A stretch of DNA of 64,000 bases from Spirochaetota bacterium (GCA_043803405.1 JAZDKB010000019.1:192001-256000), one strand, 5' to 3'. Counted from the stretch's first letter, positions 10,091-20,070 are shown. Notes: generated by a model from the letters alone, not told the origin. Numbers and translations are program-made.

Positions 10091-10404
10091 ATAGCCTCCG
10101 GTTCGGTGTTATTATTGTCCTGATGCTCAACACGGCAATAAATAGGTTTTGGGATTCAATCCTGATTAAATTTATATTTTTTAAAAATGCTTTAATAAAA
10201 AAAATAAGCTTATTGAGTAAGCTGAGAAATAATTACTTTAGTAATGCAATAACGGAAGTCAACTAAATTTTGTTTATAATATATTACACAAGTTAATCGT
10301 GACCCTGGAAAATAATTTTATTATATTGATTTTTAAAAGACCCGCATTTATAATTAAGCTATTAATATTTACCATTAACTTAAATATTTAAGGAGGGTAA
10401 ATTT

Positions 10405-10659
10405 ATGTACTTTATGAATATTTGTACATGGGCACCAGAGGATGAAAAAGAAGTTGAAAAACGCAGGGCAAAATGGAAATGGCCGAAAGGCATAAAGGTC
10501 CTTTATGAATTCATAGACCTTCAGGGATGCAGGGCCGTTAATGTCGTTGATACTGATGCCAAAGGATTGTTGGCCAGCAGGGCAGCCTGGATCGATATAA
10601 CTATATTTGAGACATTCCCAGTATATCCATTTGGTGAAAGCAAGAGTCTTATTAAATAA
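10405..10659 (+). CDS. DUF3303 family small protein
   Basis: Strong AAGGAGG RBS; M-x-FMNICTW, PKGIKVL, W..FETFPV pattern. Confidence 0.65.
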   Translation: MYFMNICTWAPEDEKEVEKRRAKWKWPKGIKVLYEFIDLQGCRAVNVVDTDAKGLLASRAAWIDITIFETFPVYPFGESKSLIK

Positions 10660-10930
10660 TGAGACCGGCAGGATCTCCGGCGAATATGTCGAATCCGTTC
10701 GGTTTTATCTTCTTGAGAAAGCATTCTGCCGGAGATTTTTGCAGCAGGCTGTCAGATACTATCTTTTTCGCTGCGGGACAAAAACGCTGCTGAAAGAAAT
10801 CTAACCTTGTATTAAAATTTTCACTCGGACAAAATAAGGACAACTCAGACAGTCCTCGAAAATTGTAATAATTTATGATCTATCCTAAGTTCGTTTGTTA
10901 TGTTACTGAGGATATGGGATGCAATTTTAA

Positions 10931-11908
10931 TTATTCCTTAACCTTGCTATCGAAGCTTTCATCCTCTTTATATTTTCGTTTGAGTTTCCCTGAAATAATT
11001 CCTACTAAACTTTCACCGTATAACATAAAAATAAGCCCGCTGATAATGAAAGGTATACTGAGAGCAAGCAGGGGCGCCGGATTTTCGCGGCCAAGCGCGA
11101 GTCCAAGCAAAACTGCGATAAGCGGATTCACGATCGTATAGCTTACTATCCTGATTGAAGGTTCGTGCGCAATGAGATACGTGTAAGCGTAATATGCCGC
11201 GCTGCCCATAATACTTAAATACAATAATGAGAAAGCAGATCTGTGACTTATATTACTTATAAGTTCAGGAAGCGGCTGATACAGGAACTGCGACATTACA
11301 AATGCAATTAAACCTGCAATTATCATTTGAAGGCCGCTGTTTACTAAATTGTTCGGATACACTTTAAGCATGTGACCTATGCTTGTCGCAAACGACCATG
11401 AAATTAAACCGCCTAATGTTAGTATGATATACGGGTCAATCGAAGAGAACGGATTTTTTCCTGTATATAAAATTGCCGTCACCCCGAGAAAACCCAGAAT
11501 TATTCCAAGGAGACGGACTCTGGACAGTTTTTCTTTAAAAAACATCCTGTTGAAAACAGCAACGCTGAAAGGAGTTGCTGAAATAATAATTGCCGAAAGA
11601 TAGCTGTCGATACGCAGAAGGCCTGCGGATACAAGGCCGCTGCCTCCTATAAGAAGGAATATACCGAAGAATGAGGCGGATAAAAATTCTCTGATGGTCG
11701 GCATTCTGTTTAGCTTTCGCGTGGCCAGCGATATGAGTATGAATCCCAGGCCGCCGAAAAAGAAGCGTGTGCTTACCAGATAATATACGGGGAATGATTC
11801 AACTGCCCAGCGCATTGCCAGGTAAGTTGATCCCCATACAATATAAATTGTAAGGTAAGCAAAGATAACAGGAAGTTTGGGAACAATTTTAAAAATCATT
11901 ATGACCAA
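10931..11908 (-). CDS. EamA/DMT family transporter
   Basis: IYIVWGSTYLA, SY..VNPLIAVLLG, about 10 hydrophobic segments; start uncertain by a few codons. Confidence 0.9.
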   Translation of the reverse strand: MVIMIFKIVPKLPVIFAYLTIYIVWGSTYLAMRWAVESFPVYYLVSTRFFFGGLGFILISLATRKLNRMPTIREFLSASFFGIFLLIGGSGLVSAGLLRIDSYLSAIIISATPFSVAVFNRMFFKEKLSRVRLLGIILGFLGVTAILYTGKNPFSSIDPYIILTLGGLISWSFATSIGHMLKVYPNNLVNSGLQMIIAGLIAFVMSQFLYQPLPELISNISHRSAFSLLYLSIMGSAAYYAYTYLIAHEPSIRIVSYTIVNPLIAVLLGLALGRENPAPLLALSIPFIISGLIFMLYGESLVGIISGKLKRKYKEDESFDSKVKE

Positions 11909-12054
11909 TTTCTATAAGGCATAGTGCTTTTTATTGTAATTATATTTAAGCACTGAGAGCACAAAAACGCAGACACTTGCAAAGAAAGGGATGAATAGAT
12001 TTTATTTCTAAGCATATAATTTTGAATTCTTGCCGGGTAAATTAATATACCGTA

Positions 12055-12903
12055 CTAGACATTTACTATCATAGTATCATACGCAAAAGTAATATTGCCG
12101 TATCCCTGGTCTTTCAGAAATATTTCTGCTTTTTTTAAATCGTCGTATGAAATCTCATCTTCAATATGGTATATAATTACCTGTGAGGCATTCAGGCTGC
12201 GTATGACTTTAAGCGTTTGCTGAAATGTTGCTTCTCCTTTAAGGATTGGATGATTTTCCGGTATGCGCCGTTCGCCGTTAAAGAGATCAAATTCAATAAT
12301 TCCCATAGGCAGAACTGCGAGGTCGAGTCCATGCAGCTCCGCGGGCGGATCCCATTTTAAAAGCTCGTCCATTGCAATTAAAACGCGTTTCCCGGAATTT
12401 TCAAATAAAAAAGCGTATACATAGTCTTCAGCCAGACGGAATGGCTTAATGTTCGTATCCCCGATTTGAACTGTATCCCCATCCGATAATTCGACCAGAC
12501 GAATCAATCCCATCTTTTCAAAATACTTCAAATGATCCCATGTCCCAAGCGTATCCCGGAATGTTTCGCCGACGCGCTGCGGCAGGTAGACATCTGTCCG
12601 GTCAATTCGTAACGGCCATTGGCGGAGGTTGAATTTAGATTCCCAGAGCCTGCGTCCCATGACGTGATCCGGATGCCAGTGAGAATAGAAACACGCATTG
12701 ATTTTTTTAACCCGGGAGCGGTTAAGTTCATCTTTAATTTCTTCGGGCGTATCGATAAGCACATCCGGTCCGTGTACGAACACGCTTGGTCCGCTGCGGC
12801 TGTACGGGATTCCTTTTTCCCGCGCCTGAATGCAGACCTTGCAATTGCAAAAGGGTTTAGGTACTGTCAGAGGTCCGGATGTTCCCAGAAATTCGATTTG
12901 CAT
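12055..12903 (-). CDS. Metallo-beta-lactamase fold hydrolase (PhnP-like)
   Basis: FLGT, CNCKVC Zn site, LIDTP, SHWHPDH. Confidence 0.85.
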   Translation of the reverse strand: MQIEFLGTSGPLTVPKPFCNCKVCIQAREKGIPYSRSGPSVFVHGPDVLIDTPEEIKDELNRSRVKKINACFYSHWHPDHVMGRRLWESKFNLRQWPLRIDRTDVYLPQRVGETFRDTLGTWDHLKYFEKMGLIRLVELSDGDTVQIGDTNIKPFRLAEDYVYAFLFENSGKRVLIAMDELLKWDPPAELHGLDLAVLPMGIIEFDLFNGERRIPENHPILKGEATFQQTLKVIRSLNASQVIIYHIEDEISYDDLKKAEIFLKDQGYGNITFAYDTMIVNV

Positions 12904-13577
12904 TTTGTTTGCCTGTGTCCGATTATATGTTTAATCCGAGCAAACGTCTGTTATAGATGCTGTCCGGGATGATAACAGTGCCGGAATCTCATTAAATAGC
13001 AACTAATTTTCAATTTATATAATTAAAAAATTTTTAAATTGGAAACCGCTTTTTATAATTTTGTTAATTTTTAAGATCAAGGATTATTCATATAATATGA
13101 TACGGAATTTTTATATGAGATTTGTTATTCTGAGATATAATAAAGGTTGAACCTGCATATTATTTAAAATTCAGCTTTAAAATAATCGGTTCTTAAAAAA
13201 TTTGATAGAATTAATAAAAGTATACTATTATGATTTATTCTTGATAATTTTACGCTATCAATTTAACATTGCAATTGTAAATTTTTTTAAGTTGATTGTT
13301 TTTACCGGCTGATTATGGTGCTGCGCATTTTTAATATGTATTCTTATGTGCAAGTAAATAAGTTTATTGCAGAACTGTTTTAAAAAAAATATCCCTCAAA
13401 ATTATTTGATCCTGTTTTTCAACTGAATCAGAGTTGTTTTAGAGAAGGAATTTATTAATAAAAATTATGCATGCAAAGAATTTGTCGGAATTTAAAATAG
13501 TTTATATCCGGTTGAAACATCAGCGCCAATAAATCCCTAAAACAGGATTAATGTTTTGTTTTGCAAAGGAGAAAAAT

Positions 13578-13853
13578 ATGGAAGATAAAATAAAAGAAAA
13601 CAGAAGAAAGATGGCGAAAGTGATCTCCAAGGCATGGAGCAGTGAATCGTTTAAAGAGAAGCTTATTTCAAATCCGAGAATGGTTCTGGCGGAAAACGGA
13701 ATTACTGTGCCGGCAGATGTTGAATTAAAGGTTGTTGAGCAAACTGAAAAACTTATGTATATTGTTATACCATTTAGACCAGAGGATGCAGAGGGCGGGT
13801 CATGGATGACTGAAGACGATGCCTATGATATACCTTGTATTCGTTGCGTATAA
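13578..13853 (+). CDS. NHLP-leader (nitrile hydratase-like) RiPP precursor peptide
   Basis: AAGGAG RBS; KVISKAWSSESFKEKLISNPRMVLAENG..VPADVELKVVEQT..YIVIP is the NHLP leader pattern; GG followed by a 17-aa core. Confidence 0.9.
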   Translation: MEDKIKENRRKMAKVISKAWSSESFKEKLISNPRMVLAENGITVPADVELKVVEQTEKLMYIVIPFRPEDAEGGSWMTEDDAYDIPCIRCV

Positions 13854-14030
13854 AGTTACTTTAGAGAAACAGGTCTGGTTATAAGTAGAGTTGTGTCTGT
13901 GATGTTTTTGACTGCTTTTTTAGTGAGGTGACCAGCTTTTAAAGGAATGAAACTCCATCATTTGTTATATTTAAGCTTTGGGTGTCCAGCACATCAACTA
14001 TTCCTATATGCTTGCGGGGTATAAATTGTC

Positions 14031-15020
14031 GTGATTGCTTCCCTTGTGCCGCGCGAATTGAAGATTGAAATTACAAATAACTGCAATCTGCATTGTACCT
14101 TTTGTTCTCTGGGCGGGAAGATATCTTCGGATATTTGCTTTATGCCGGAGGAGGAAGTTCTGCGCTGGATAGACTGGGCAGTCGATAATAATATGCGCTA
14201 TGTGCGTTTTACCGGCGGGGAGGCCATGATGCATCCGCAGATAGAGATGTTTTGCTATTATGCGTACCGGCTGGGACGCCTTATCATTCTGAATACTAAC
14301 GGAATGGGGGATGACAAACTTTACAGGAAAATTCTTCGTGTTGTATACGATATGCGTATTAGCATGCCGACTCTTGATGCAGTGCGTATGGATAAACTTA
14401 CCTGCGGAAAGGACGTGCTTGTAAAAAAGAAAAATGTGATCGGACTGGCGCTGGAAACGGGTGTGCCACGCATAAGTCTTTTAACGCCTTTGCTGCCGGA
14501 GCTGCACGGAAGCCTGGAACAATTCGTTCTTTTTGTTAAAACTTCACCCAGGCTATTCTGGCTGCCGCTGCGTTACGAGTCTAGCCCGACAGCCCCCCGT
14601 CCATGGACGCAGTCAGATGCACAGGCCTTTGCCGAGGAGATGGCTGATCTAATGCGCCGTTATCCGGAAAAGGCGAAGGGGATTTACCTGGCTATGCCGT
14701 TTTGCGGGATAAAGCCGGCAAGCCTTGGCGCATTCATATTTCACGGGCGAACGGAGGATTGCGGCCCCTTCGCGGCCCTGAACGTTAATGTCAGCGGCCG
14801 TATGCAGGCATGTTTTAATGTGGGTGAAACGGACGGCATCCCGGCGCTTTCCGAGATTTACAATTGCCCTGAAATATGCGCCTGTGCCTCTATTGATACA
14901 TTGCCTGACGAATGCCGGTGCTGTAAGTATGTTGCCCGATGCGCCGGAGGCTGCCGCAAGCCATATAGCATGGTCCGGCACGGCGGTCGGCAGATCGATT
15001 ATCTGGCAGGATTTGTGTAA
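14031..15020 (+). CDS. Radical SAM/SPASM-domain peptide maturase
   Basis: CNLHCTFC, FTGGE, NTNG; C-terminal DCG..ACF..C-x2-C-x5-C-x-GGC SPASM cysteines; adjacent to the precursor. Confidence 0.85.
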   Translation: MIASLVPRELKIEITNNCNLHCTFCSLGGKISSDICFMPEEEVLRWIDWAVDNNMRYVRFTGGEAMMHPQIEMFCYYAYRLGRLIILNTNGMGDDKLYRKILRVVYDMRISMPTLDAVRMDKLTCGKDVLVKKKNVIGLALETGVPRISLLTPLLPELHGSLEQFVLFVKTSPRLFWLPLRYESSPTAPRPWTQSDAQAFAEEMADLMRRYPEKAKGIYLAMPFCGIKPASLGAFIFHGRTEDCGPFAALNVNVSGRMQACFNVGETDGIPALSEIYNCPEICACASIDTLPDECRCCKYVARCAGGCRKPYSMVRHGGRQIDYLAGFV

Positions 15021-15057
15021 CAGGCCGGCTGCTCGTGCATCATTTCATGGTATTGTT

Positions 15058-17322
15058 ATGAATTATTATAAAATTAAAACCGGTAAAGCCGTAGTAGCAG
15101 ACGGCGACAGCTTGTTTCTGCTTGATGAAACAAGCCAAAAGAAAATTACATCAGAATTAATGTCCGGGTTGATGCGTCTCATCAGCCGTGGGCCTGCCGA
15201 TGAAGAGGAACTCGTCTCTGCATTGGAAGATCGTTTTTCTCCGGTACGGATATACTATGCGCTTGTTCAGCTTGAAAAGCTGGGTTTAATAGTTAAAGAT
15301 AATCGTCCTGAATCGCAAACTAATTTATTCAGAGAAAAACTGTTTAGGCAGAATGGGAGCGATTGCCGGCAGCTTCGGAAACCTGCATTGCCTGTAAGGA
15401 TATTTTCGATCGCAGGTGCGGAATCTTCTGCCGATGTTCTTTCTGAAGCGTTGAAACGTTCGGATCTGATGCAAGTTGAACGTCCGGATGACTGGCATAC
15501 TGAAAAAATATCTTCCAACTGCCTTTACATTGCAGTAACACCCGATTATCTTGAACCGGAACTGGAGGCTTTTGGGCATCTGGCTTATAAAAGCGGAGTT
15601 CGCTGGCTGCCTGTTAAACTGGCAGGCGTGATACCGTGGATAGGGCCATTGTTCGATAGGCAAGAGACAGCCTGTATTGAGTGCCTGCTTGACAGGGTGA
15701 AAGGGCACAGGCGGCTGGAAGCAAAACAAATCCGAGAGGATGGAGCAAAGCAATCACTTCGTCTTTCAGCGGGACAGACTTTTTATTCGTTTGAAGTCGC
15801 AGCAGGGCTTTTGTCTGTGGAACTGGAAAAAATTGCGACGGACTGTAAATCGGAATTAGCAGGCGGAATGTTTACAATCGATTTCCGGTCTTTTAAATTT
15901 GACAGGCATGCTTTTATAAAACGTCCGCAGTGTCCCGCATGCGGAAATATTATTAAAGGAAATATAAAAACCGGAGTTTTTCCTGCTGAGGCGATGCATT
16001 TGCAATCGCGGGCAAAATCGGATCACCGTGACGGCGGTGAACGTATATGTTCGGCTGTTGAAACGCTTAAGAAATATAATCATTTGATCAGTCCGGTTAC
16101 AGGCATTGTGGGAGAATTAAAACCAGTAGAAGGAATTCCGCCGTGTTTCGGCAGTGTGATAAGAAGCAGGTGGATTATCCGCAGCGGAGAAAGTGCGGAA
16201 AGAAAAAATAATGCGCGTTTATCGGCTACCGGTTTCAGCACAGGCAAAGGGAAGACTGAGCAGCAGGCGCTGGCCAGCGCACTTGGTGAGGCTGTAGAGC
16301 GTTACTGCTCGCAGCACGAGGGCTATGAAACACGCATCCGAGCATCTTTCGCGGAGCTTGGCGACCCGGCGATTCATCCTTATAGCCTGATGGGCTTCAG
16401 CGAAAGGCAGTATTCTGAGCGTGAATCATGGCGCCGGAAAGGGGACACTTCGTATGTGCCTGAGCCTTACGAAGCTTCATTGCTGATTGACTGGTCGCCT
16501 GCATGGTCGCTGACTCAGAAGCGCTGGAAGCTCATCCCGAGCGCTTTTGCTTATTATTCCTACCCGCGTGATGGCGGCGGCGATATTTGCCGCGGGTGCA
16601 GCAACGGCGTGGCTGCCGGCAATTGCATAGAAGAGGCAATAATGCAGGGCTTCTTTGAGCTGGTAGAACGCGATGCCACTGCAATGTGGTGGTATCATAA
16701 ACTACGGAAACCATCTGTGGATTGGCTAAGTTTTGGCTCTTCTTTCACAGCTTCCGTTGATGCACAAATCAGGAAAATGGGGATGAAACTTGAAGTACTC
16801 GATCTGACAAACGATCTCGGCATACCCGTGTTCTCAGCCAATCTTTTTATGTGTGATGAAGGCAACAGTTTTATCTCAATGGGATTAGGCTGCCACTGTG
16901 ATCCGTATATTGCGCTTGAGCGTGCTATAGCGGAGCTTGGACAGCTCTGGACACAAATGAATACGGACGATTCCGGCCGCAGATTTACAGAAAGCCTGCG
17001 CAGCATAGGATCATTTTTAAGGGCTGATCCCGGTCGGACTCCAATGACATATTTCGATTTTCCAGAAAAACAGCGCAGTGATTTTCTCGACGACATTAAT
17101 GATACCGTGCGGAACTTGAGCGAAAGGGGACTGGAAATGCTGGTGATGGATTTGACCCGCCCCGACGTCGGTTTCCCGGTAGCGCGTGTTATCGTCCCGG
17201 GCCTTATCCATTTTTGGCCGCGTTTCGGATGCAGCCGTCTATTTGAAGTTCCCAAAGCTGCAGGCTGGATTGACAAGGAAGCAGGTGAAGATGACCTTAA
17301 TCCGGTGCCGTTCTGCTGGTGA
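15058..17322 (+). CDS. Fused TOMM leader-binding (E1-like)/YcaO cyclodehydratase
   Basis: WIGPLF..TACIECL, KRPQCPACG, GKGKT..QA.ASALGEAVERY, SNGVAAGN, ELVERDA, LDLT.DLGIP, Pro-rich C-terminus LNPVPFCW; likely ATG at 15058. Confidence 0.92.
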   Translation: MNYYKIKTGKAVVADGDSLFLLDETSQKKITSELMSGLMRLISRGPADEEELVSALEDRFSPVRIYYALVQLEKLGLIVKDNRPESQTNLFREKLFRQNGSDCRQLRKPALPVRIFSIAGAESSADVLSEALKRSDLMQVERPDDWHTEKISSNCLYIAVTPDYLEPELEAFGHLAYKSGVRWLPVKLAGVIPWIGPLFDRQETACIECLLDRVKGHRRLEAKQIREDGAKQSLRLSAGQTFYSFEVAAGLLSVELEKIATDCKSELAGGMFTIDFRSFKFDRHAFIKRPQCPACGNIIKGNIKTGVFPAEAMHLQSRAKSDHRDGGERICSAVETLKKYNHLISPVTGIVGELKPVEGIPPCFGSVIRSRWIIRSGESAERKNNARLSATGFSTGKGKTEQQALASALGEAVERYCSQHEGYETRIRASFAELGDPAIHPYSLMGFSERQYSERESWRRKGDTSYVPEPYEASLLIDWSPAWSLTQKRWKLIPSAFAYYSYPRDGGGDICRGCSNGVAAGNCIEEAIMQGFFELVERDATAMWWYHKLRKPSVDWLSFGSSFTASVDAQIRKMGMKLEVLDLTNDLGIPVFSANLFMCDEGNSFISMGLGCHCDPYIALERAIAELGQLWTQMNTDDSGRRFTESLRSIGSFLRADPGRTPMTYFDFPEKQRSDFLDDINDTVRNLSERGLEMLVMDLTRPDVGFPVARVIVPGLIHFWPRFGCSRLFEVPKAAGWIDKEAGEDDLNPVPFCW

Positions 17323-17325
17323 GAA

Positions 17326-18699
17326 ATGAGCGAATCAAAGGATATAATTGAAACAAATATGCAAGCATCTAATATTTTTTTCTCCGTAAGGTTGCGCGAT
17401 GATATTATTGCAGACCGTCCGGGGAACGGGCGAATCATATTTATTAAAAACGGGATTAAATGTACGGATATTCCGGCGGACCATCCGCTTATCGAATCTT
17501 TGATTGCCAAATGGGTCACAGAGGCGACAATTGACCAGGAAGCCTCATCGGCATCCAATCCTTCAGTCATATATTATATTTTCGAAAAGCTGTTCTCCCT
17601 CGGCCTCCTTAAGGCACGATGCACACTTAACGAAAAATCCCTGTTCTCTGTTGTACCTGCCCCGGAGTGGCAGGCATGGCAGGGAAAGCTGCCTGCATCA
17701 GCGCATAGGCTTTCGCCATGCTTATGCCTACGGCAGAATGAGCATGATTTTATTCTGGAGATGCCGCTTTCACAAAAGAAATGCATTATACATGATGGAA
17801 GGTGCATTATCTGGCTAATGGAGATTGTACAAGGAAGCATTTCCATGCCTGTAAATGATGCAGCCCGTTCAGCATTTTATCTGGCATTATGGATGATGAA
17901 TGCCCTTATATGTGATGAGGATTCCGATCCTTCCTGGGAGTTCCACGACTTGCTGTTCTTTCATCATTCAAGCATCGGCTTTCATGATGATGCTACCGGA
18001 GCGACCTGCAGGTTTAAGGATAAATCTTTGCCTGAGCCGCTTTTAAAGGCGATCACGGGGTTTTGTGTTTCGCTTCCTGAACCCGATGAGCGGCTTATGA
18101 AAAAGCTGAATACGCCTTTTGCCGAAGTGCTTGCAAAGCGCCGCAGCAGCCGTAATGTATGCGGATCACCGGCCCTCGAAGAAATAGGCGCTTTGCTTTT
18201 TGCATCAGCCCGCATTCAGAGCGTCAGGGACGATTCTACGCATAGTTATTTTGTTTCATTGCGGCCTTCTCCCAGCGGTGGTGCATTGCATTCCATTGAA
18301 ATATATTTATTTGTACGTCAATGCACAAATCTTGAAAGCGGAGTCTGGCGCTATGATCCAGGCCGGCATCAGGTGGAATCTGTTGCAGCGGACAATGAAT
18401 TATTTGAAGCCTACATGAACAGCAATCCGTATGCTGCGGGACCGAACACAGCGCCTCCGTATCTTCGATTAGTGATGACATCTCGTTTTCAGCGGAACTC
18501 GTGGAAATACGAAAAGATCGCCTACCGTCTTGTTCTGCAGGATCTGGGCTGCCTGTATCAGACTATAAGTCTGGCAGCTGCAGCTCTGGGACTGGCAACC
18601 TGCATTCTCGGCGCAGTTGAAGCAAAGCGCCTTGGAGAGATAATGAAGCTGGAACCTCTTATCGAACCGGTCATCGGGGAGATGATGTTATCGTCTTAG
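17326..18699 (+). CDS. SagB/ThcOx-family azole-forming FMN dehydrogenase
   Basis: WEFHDLLFFH, RRSSR, RPSPSGGALH..E.Y, WKYEKIAY (Lys-Tyr motif), D.G.LYQT. Confidence 0.9.
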   Translation: MSESKDIIETNMQASNIFFSVRLRDDIIADRPGNGRIIFIKNGIKCTDIPADHPLIESLIAKWVTEATIDQEASSASNPSVIYYIFEKLFSLGLLKARCTLNEKSLFSVVPAPEWQAWQGKLPASAHRLSPCLCLRQNEHDFILEMPLSQKKCIIHDGRCIIWLMEIVQGSISMPVNDAARSAFYLALWMMNALICDEDSDPSWEFHDLLFFHHSSIGFHDDATGATCRFKDKSLPEPLLKAITGFCVSLPEPDERLMKKLNTPFAEVLAKRRSSRNVCGSPALEEIGALLFASARIQSVRDDSTHSYFVSLRPSPSGGALHSIEIYLFVRQCTNLESGVWRYDPGRHQVESVAADNELFEAYMNSNPYAAGPNTAPPYLRLVMTSRFQRNSWKYEKIAYRLVLQDLGCLYQTISLAAAALGLATCILGAVEAKRLGEIMKLEPLIEPVIGEMMLSS

Positions 18700-18924
18700 C
18701 AAAAGTCTATTTCTCCAGCTCATTCAATGAATATGTTTTAATCTACTGAAGTTGGAGTTTAATATTTATCTTAAGATTAAAAGTTATTCTTTGAATAAGG
18801 GTACATTCTAAATTATCCGGTTTCTTCTTAAATTATTTTATTTGTATTTTTTAATTTTTTATATTACCATAGATATTGATTCATGGCACTCCAGTTCTCT
18901 TTAGATTATTTCCTGGAGTTAATA

Positions 18925-20067
18925 ATGAAAAGAAAACCGGCCATAAGTATTCTTTTCCTGGTTACCTTAATAATATTTGCGTTATGCAGCAAGGAGAATG
19001 TGTGGGAGAAAGTCAACCGGACCGACTCTCCTGCTTATTTTGTTACTGTTCTTTCTACAACTCCCTCAAGCAATGAAACCTATGTTCCGACTAATTCACT
19101 TATAACGGTCACTTTCAGCGACAACATTCTGGCATCGACATTAAATGCGGCTACTATCTCCGTAAATAATGGTGTGACACCTTTAAGTATTTCATATGAT
19201 TCAAATACAAAAACAGTCACATATTCGCCGCAGGCCAGCCTTTCCCAGAATACAACCTATACAGTAATTTTATCCAGAGAAATTACAAATTCAGCGGGTG
19301 AAGGACTATCTGTAGATTATTCATGGAGTTTCACTACAGTTTCCGGACTTGTACCCGAAATAGATTTATTCCAGGGTATATTTCCGTTAAATACGGGCAG
19401 CTTATACGACTTTGGGACAATACTGGATACGGAGACCCGCGCAATTGTCTTTACAATTAACAATTCAGGCGCAGGAAACCTTACAGTAAATAGTATTAGC
19501 CTGGGAGGGATTGATGCCGGCGAATTTACTCTTACAACCGGCGTTTTGCCTGCTACAGTTATAGCCGGCGGCCAGACCACATTTACTGCTACCTTTGACC
19601 CGAATTCAGCTGGAGTAAAGAACGCAAGTATTATTATAAGTAACGATGATGGCAACGAATCTTCATATACTGTTTATATAAAGGGCTATGCAGCCGGTAC
19701 GGCCCAGCCGGAAATAATGCTCAGGCAGGGACTGACTGAGTTTGTTGCAGGATACAATTACGATTTCGGGACAGTGCTCGTAGGTTCCTCCAGTTCTGCC
19801 GTTACCTTTACAATTTATAACATCGGCAATGATGTCTTGAATATAAGCTCTATTGCTCTTGATTCCGGTGACCCGGACATTGGCAACTTCATCCTGGATA
19901 CATCAGGCACTTCCTTTATTGTTGCAGCTCAATCAAACACAACTTTTACAGGCCGCTTTGCTCCAATCGAAGCGGGAGTCGTACTCGTCCAGCTTCGAAT
20001 TGAGAGCAATGACATAGATGAAAGTTCCTTTATGTTCAAATTTAAAGGCAGGGGGGCAAATCCATAA
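18925..20067 (+). CDS. Ig-like (Big_5) plus choice-of-anchor D/ASH-repeat lipoprotein
   Basis: Lipobox-like FALC; VTFSDNI..STL, L..NTTYTV, YSWSFTT; two YDFG..FTI.N.G..L.I repeats; GGAG RBS before 18925. Confidence 0.75.
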   Translation: MKRKPAISILFLVTLIIFALCSKENVWEKVNRTDSPAYFVTVLSTTPSSNETYVPTNSLITVTFSDNILASTLNAATISVNNGVTPLSISYDSNTKTVTYSPQASLSQNTTYTVILSREITNSAGEGLSVDYSWSFTTVSGLVPEIDLFQGIFPLNTGSLYDFGTILDTETRAIVFTINNSGAGNLTVNSISLGGIDAGEFTLTTGVLPATVIAGGQTTFTATFDPNSAGVKNASIIISNDDGNESSYTVYIKGYAAGTAQPEIMLRQGLTEFVAGYNYDFGTVLVGSSSSAVTFTIYNIGNDVLNISSIALDSGDPDIGNFILDTSGTSFIVAAQSNTTFTGRFAPIEAGVVLVQLRIESNDIDESSFMFKFKGRGANP

Positions 20068-20070
20068 GAT

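Noticed and set aside
13947..14024. 25-codon ORF (MKLHHLLYLSFGCPAHQLFLYACGV) in frame with the radical SAM, as a second precursor or readthrough extension
   Set aside because: No leader similarity, AAAGGA abuts the ATG with no spacing, and the stop is TAA
14788..15057. 90-aa N-terminal extension of the YcaO ORF in the ORF track
   Set aside because: It overlaps the SPASM domain of the radical SAM gene; ATG 15058 is the plausible start
16695..17570. Long antisense ORFs (e.g. 291 aa opposite YcaO, 213 aa opposite the GT9 gene, 222 aa opposite the acyl-CoA dehydrogenase)
   Set aside because: Shadow frames of well-supported genes with no motifs of their own
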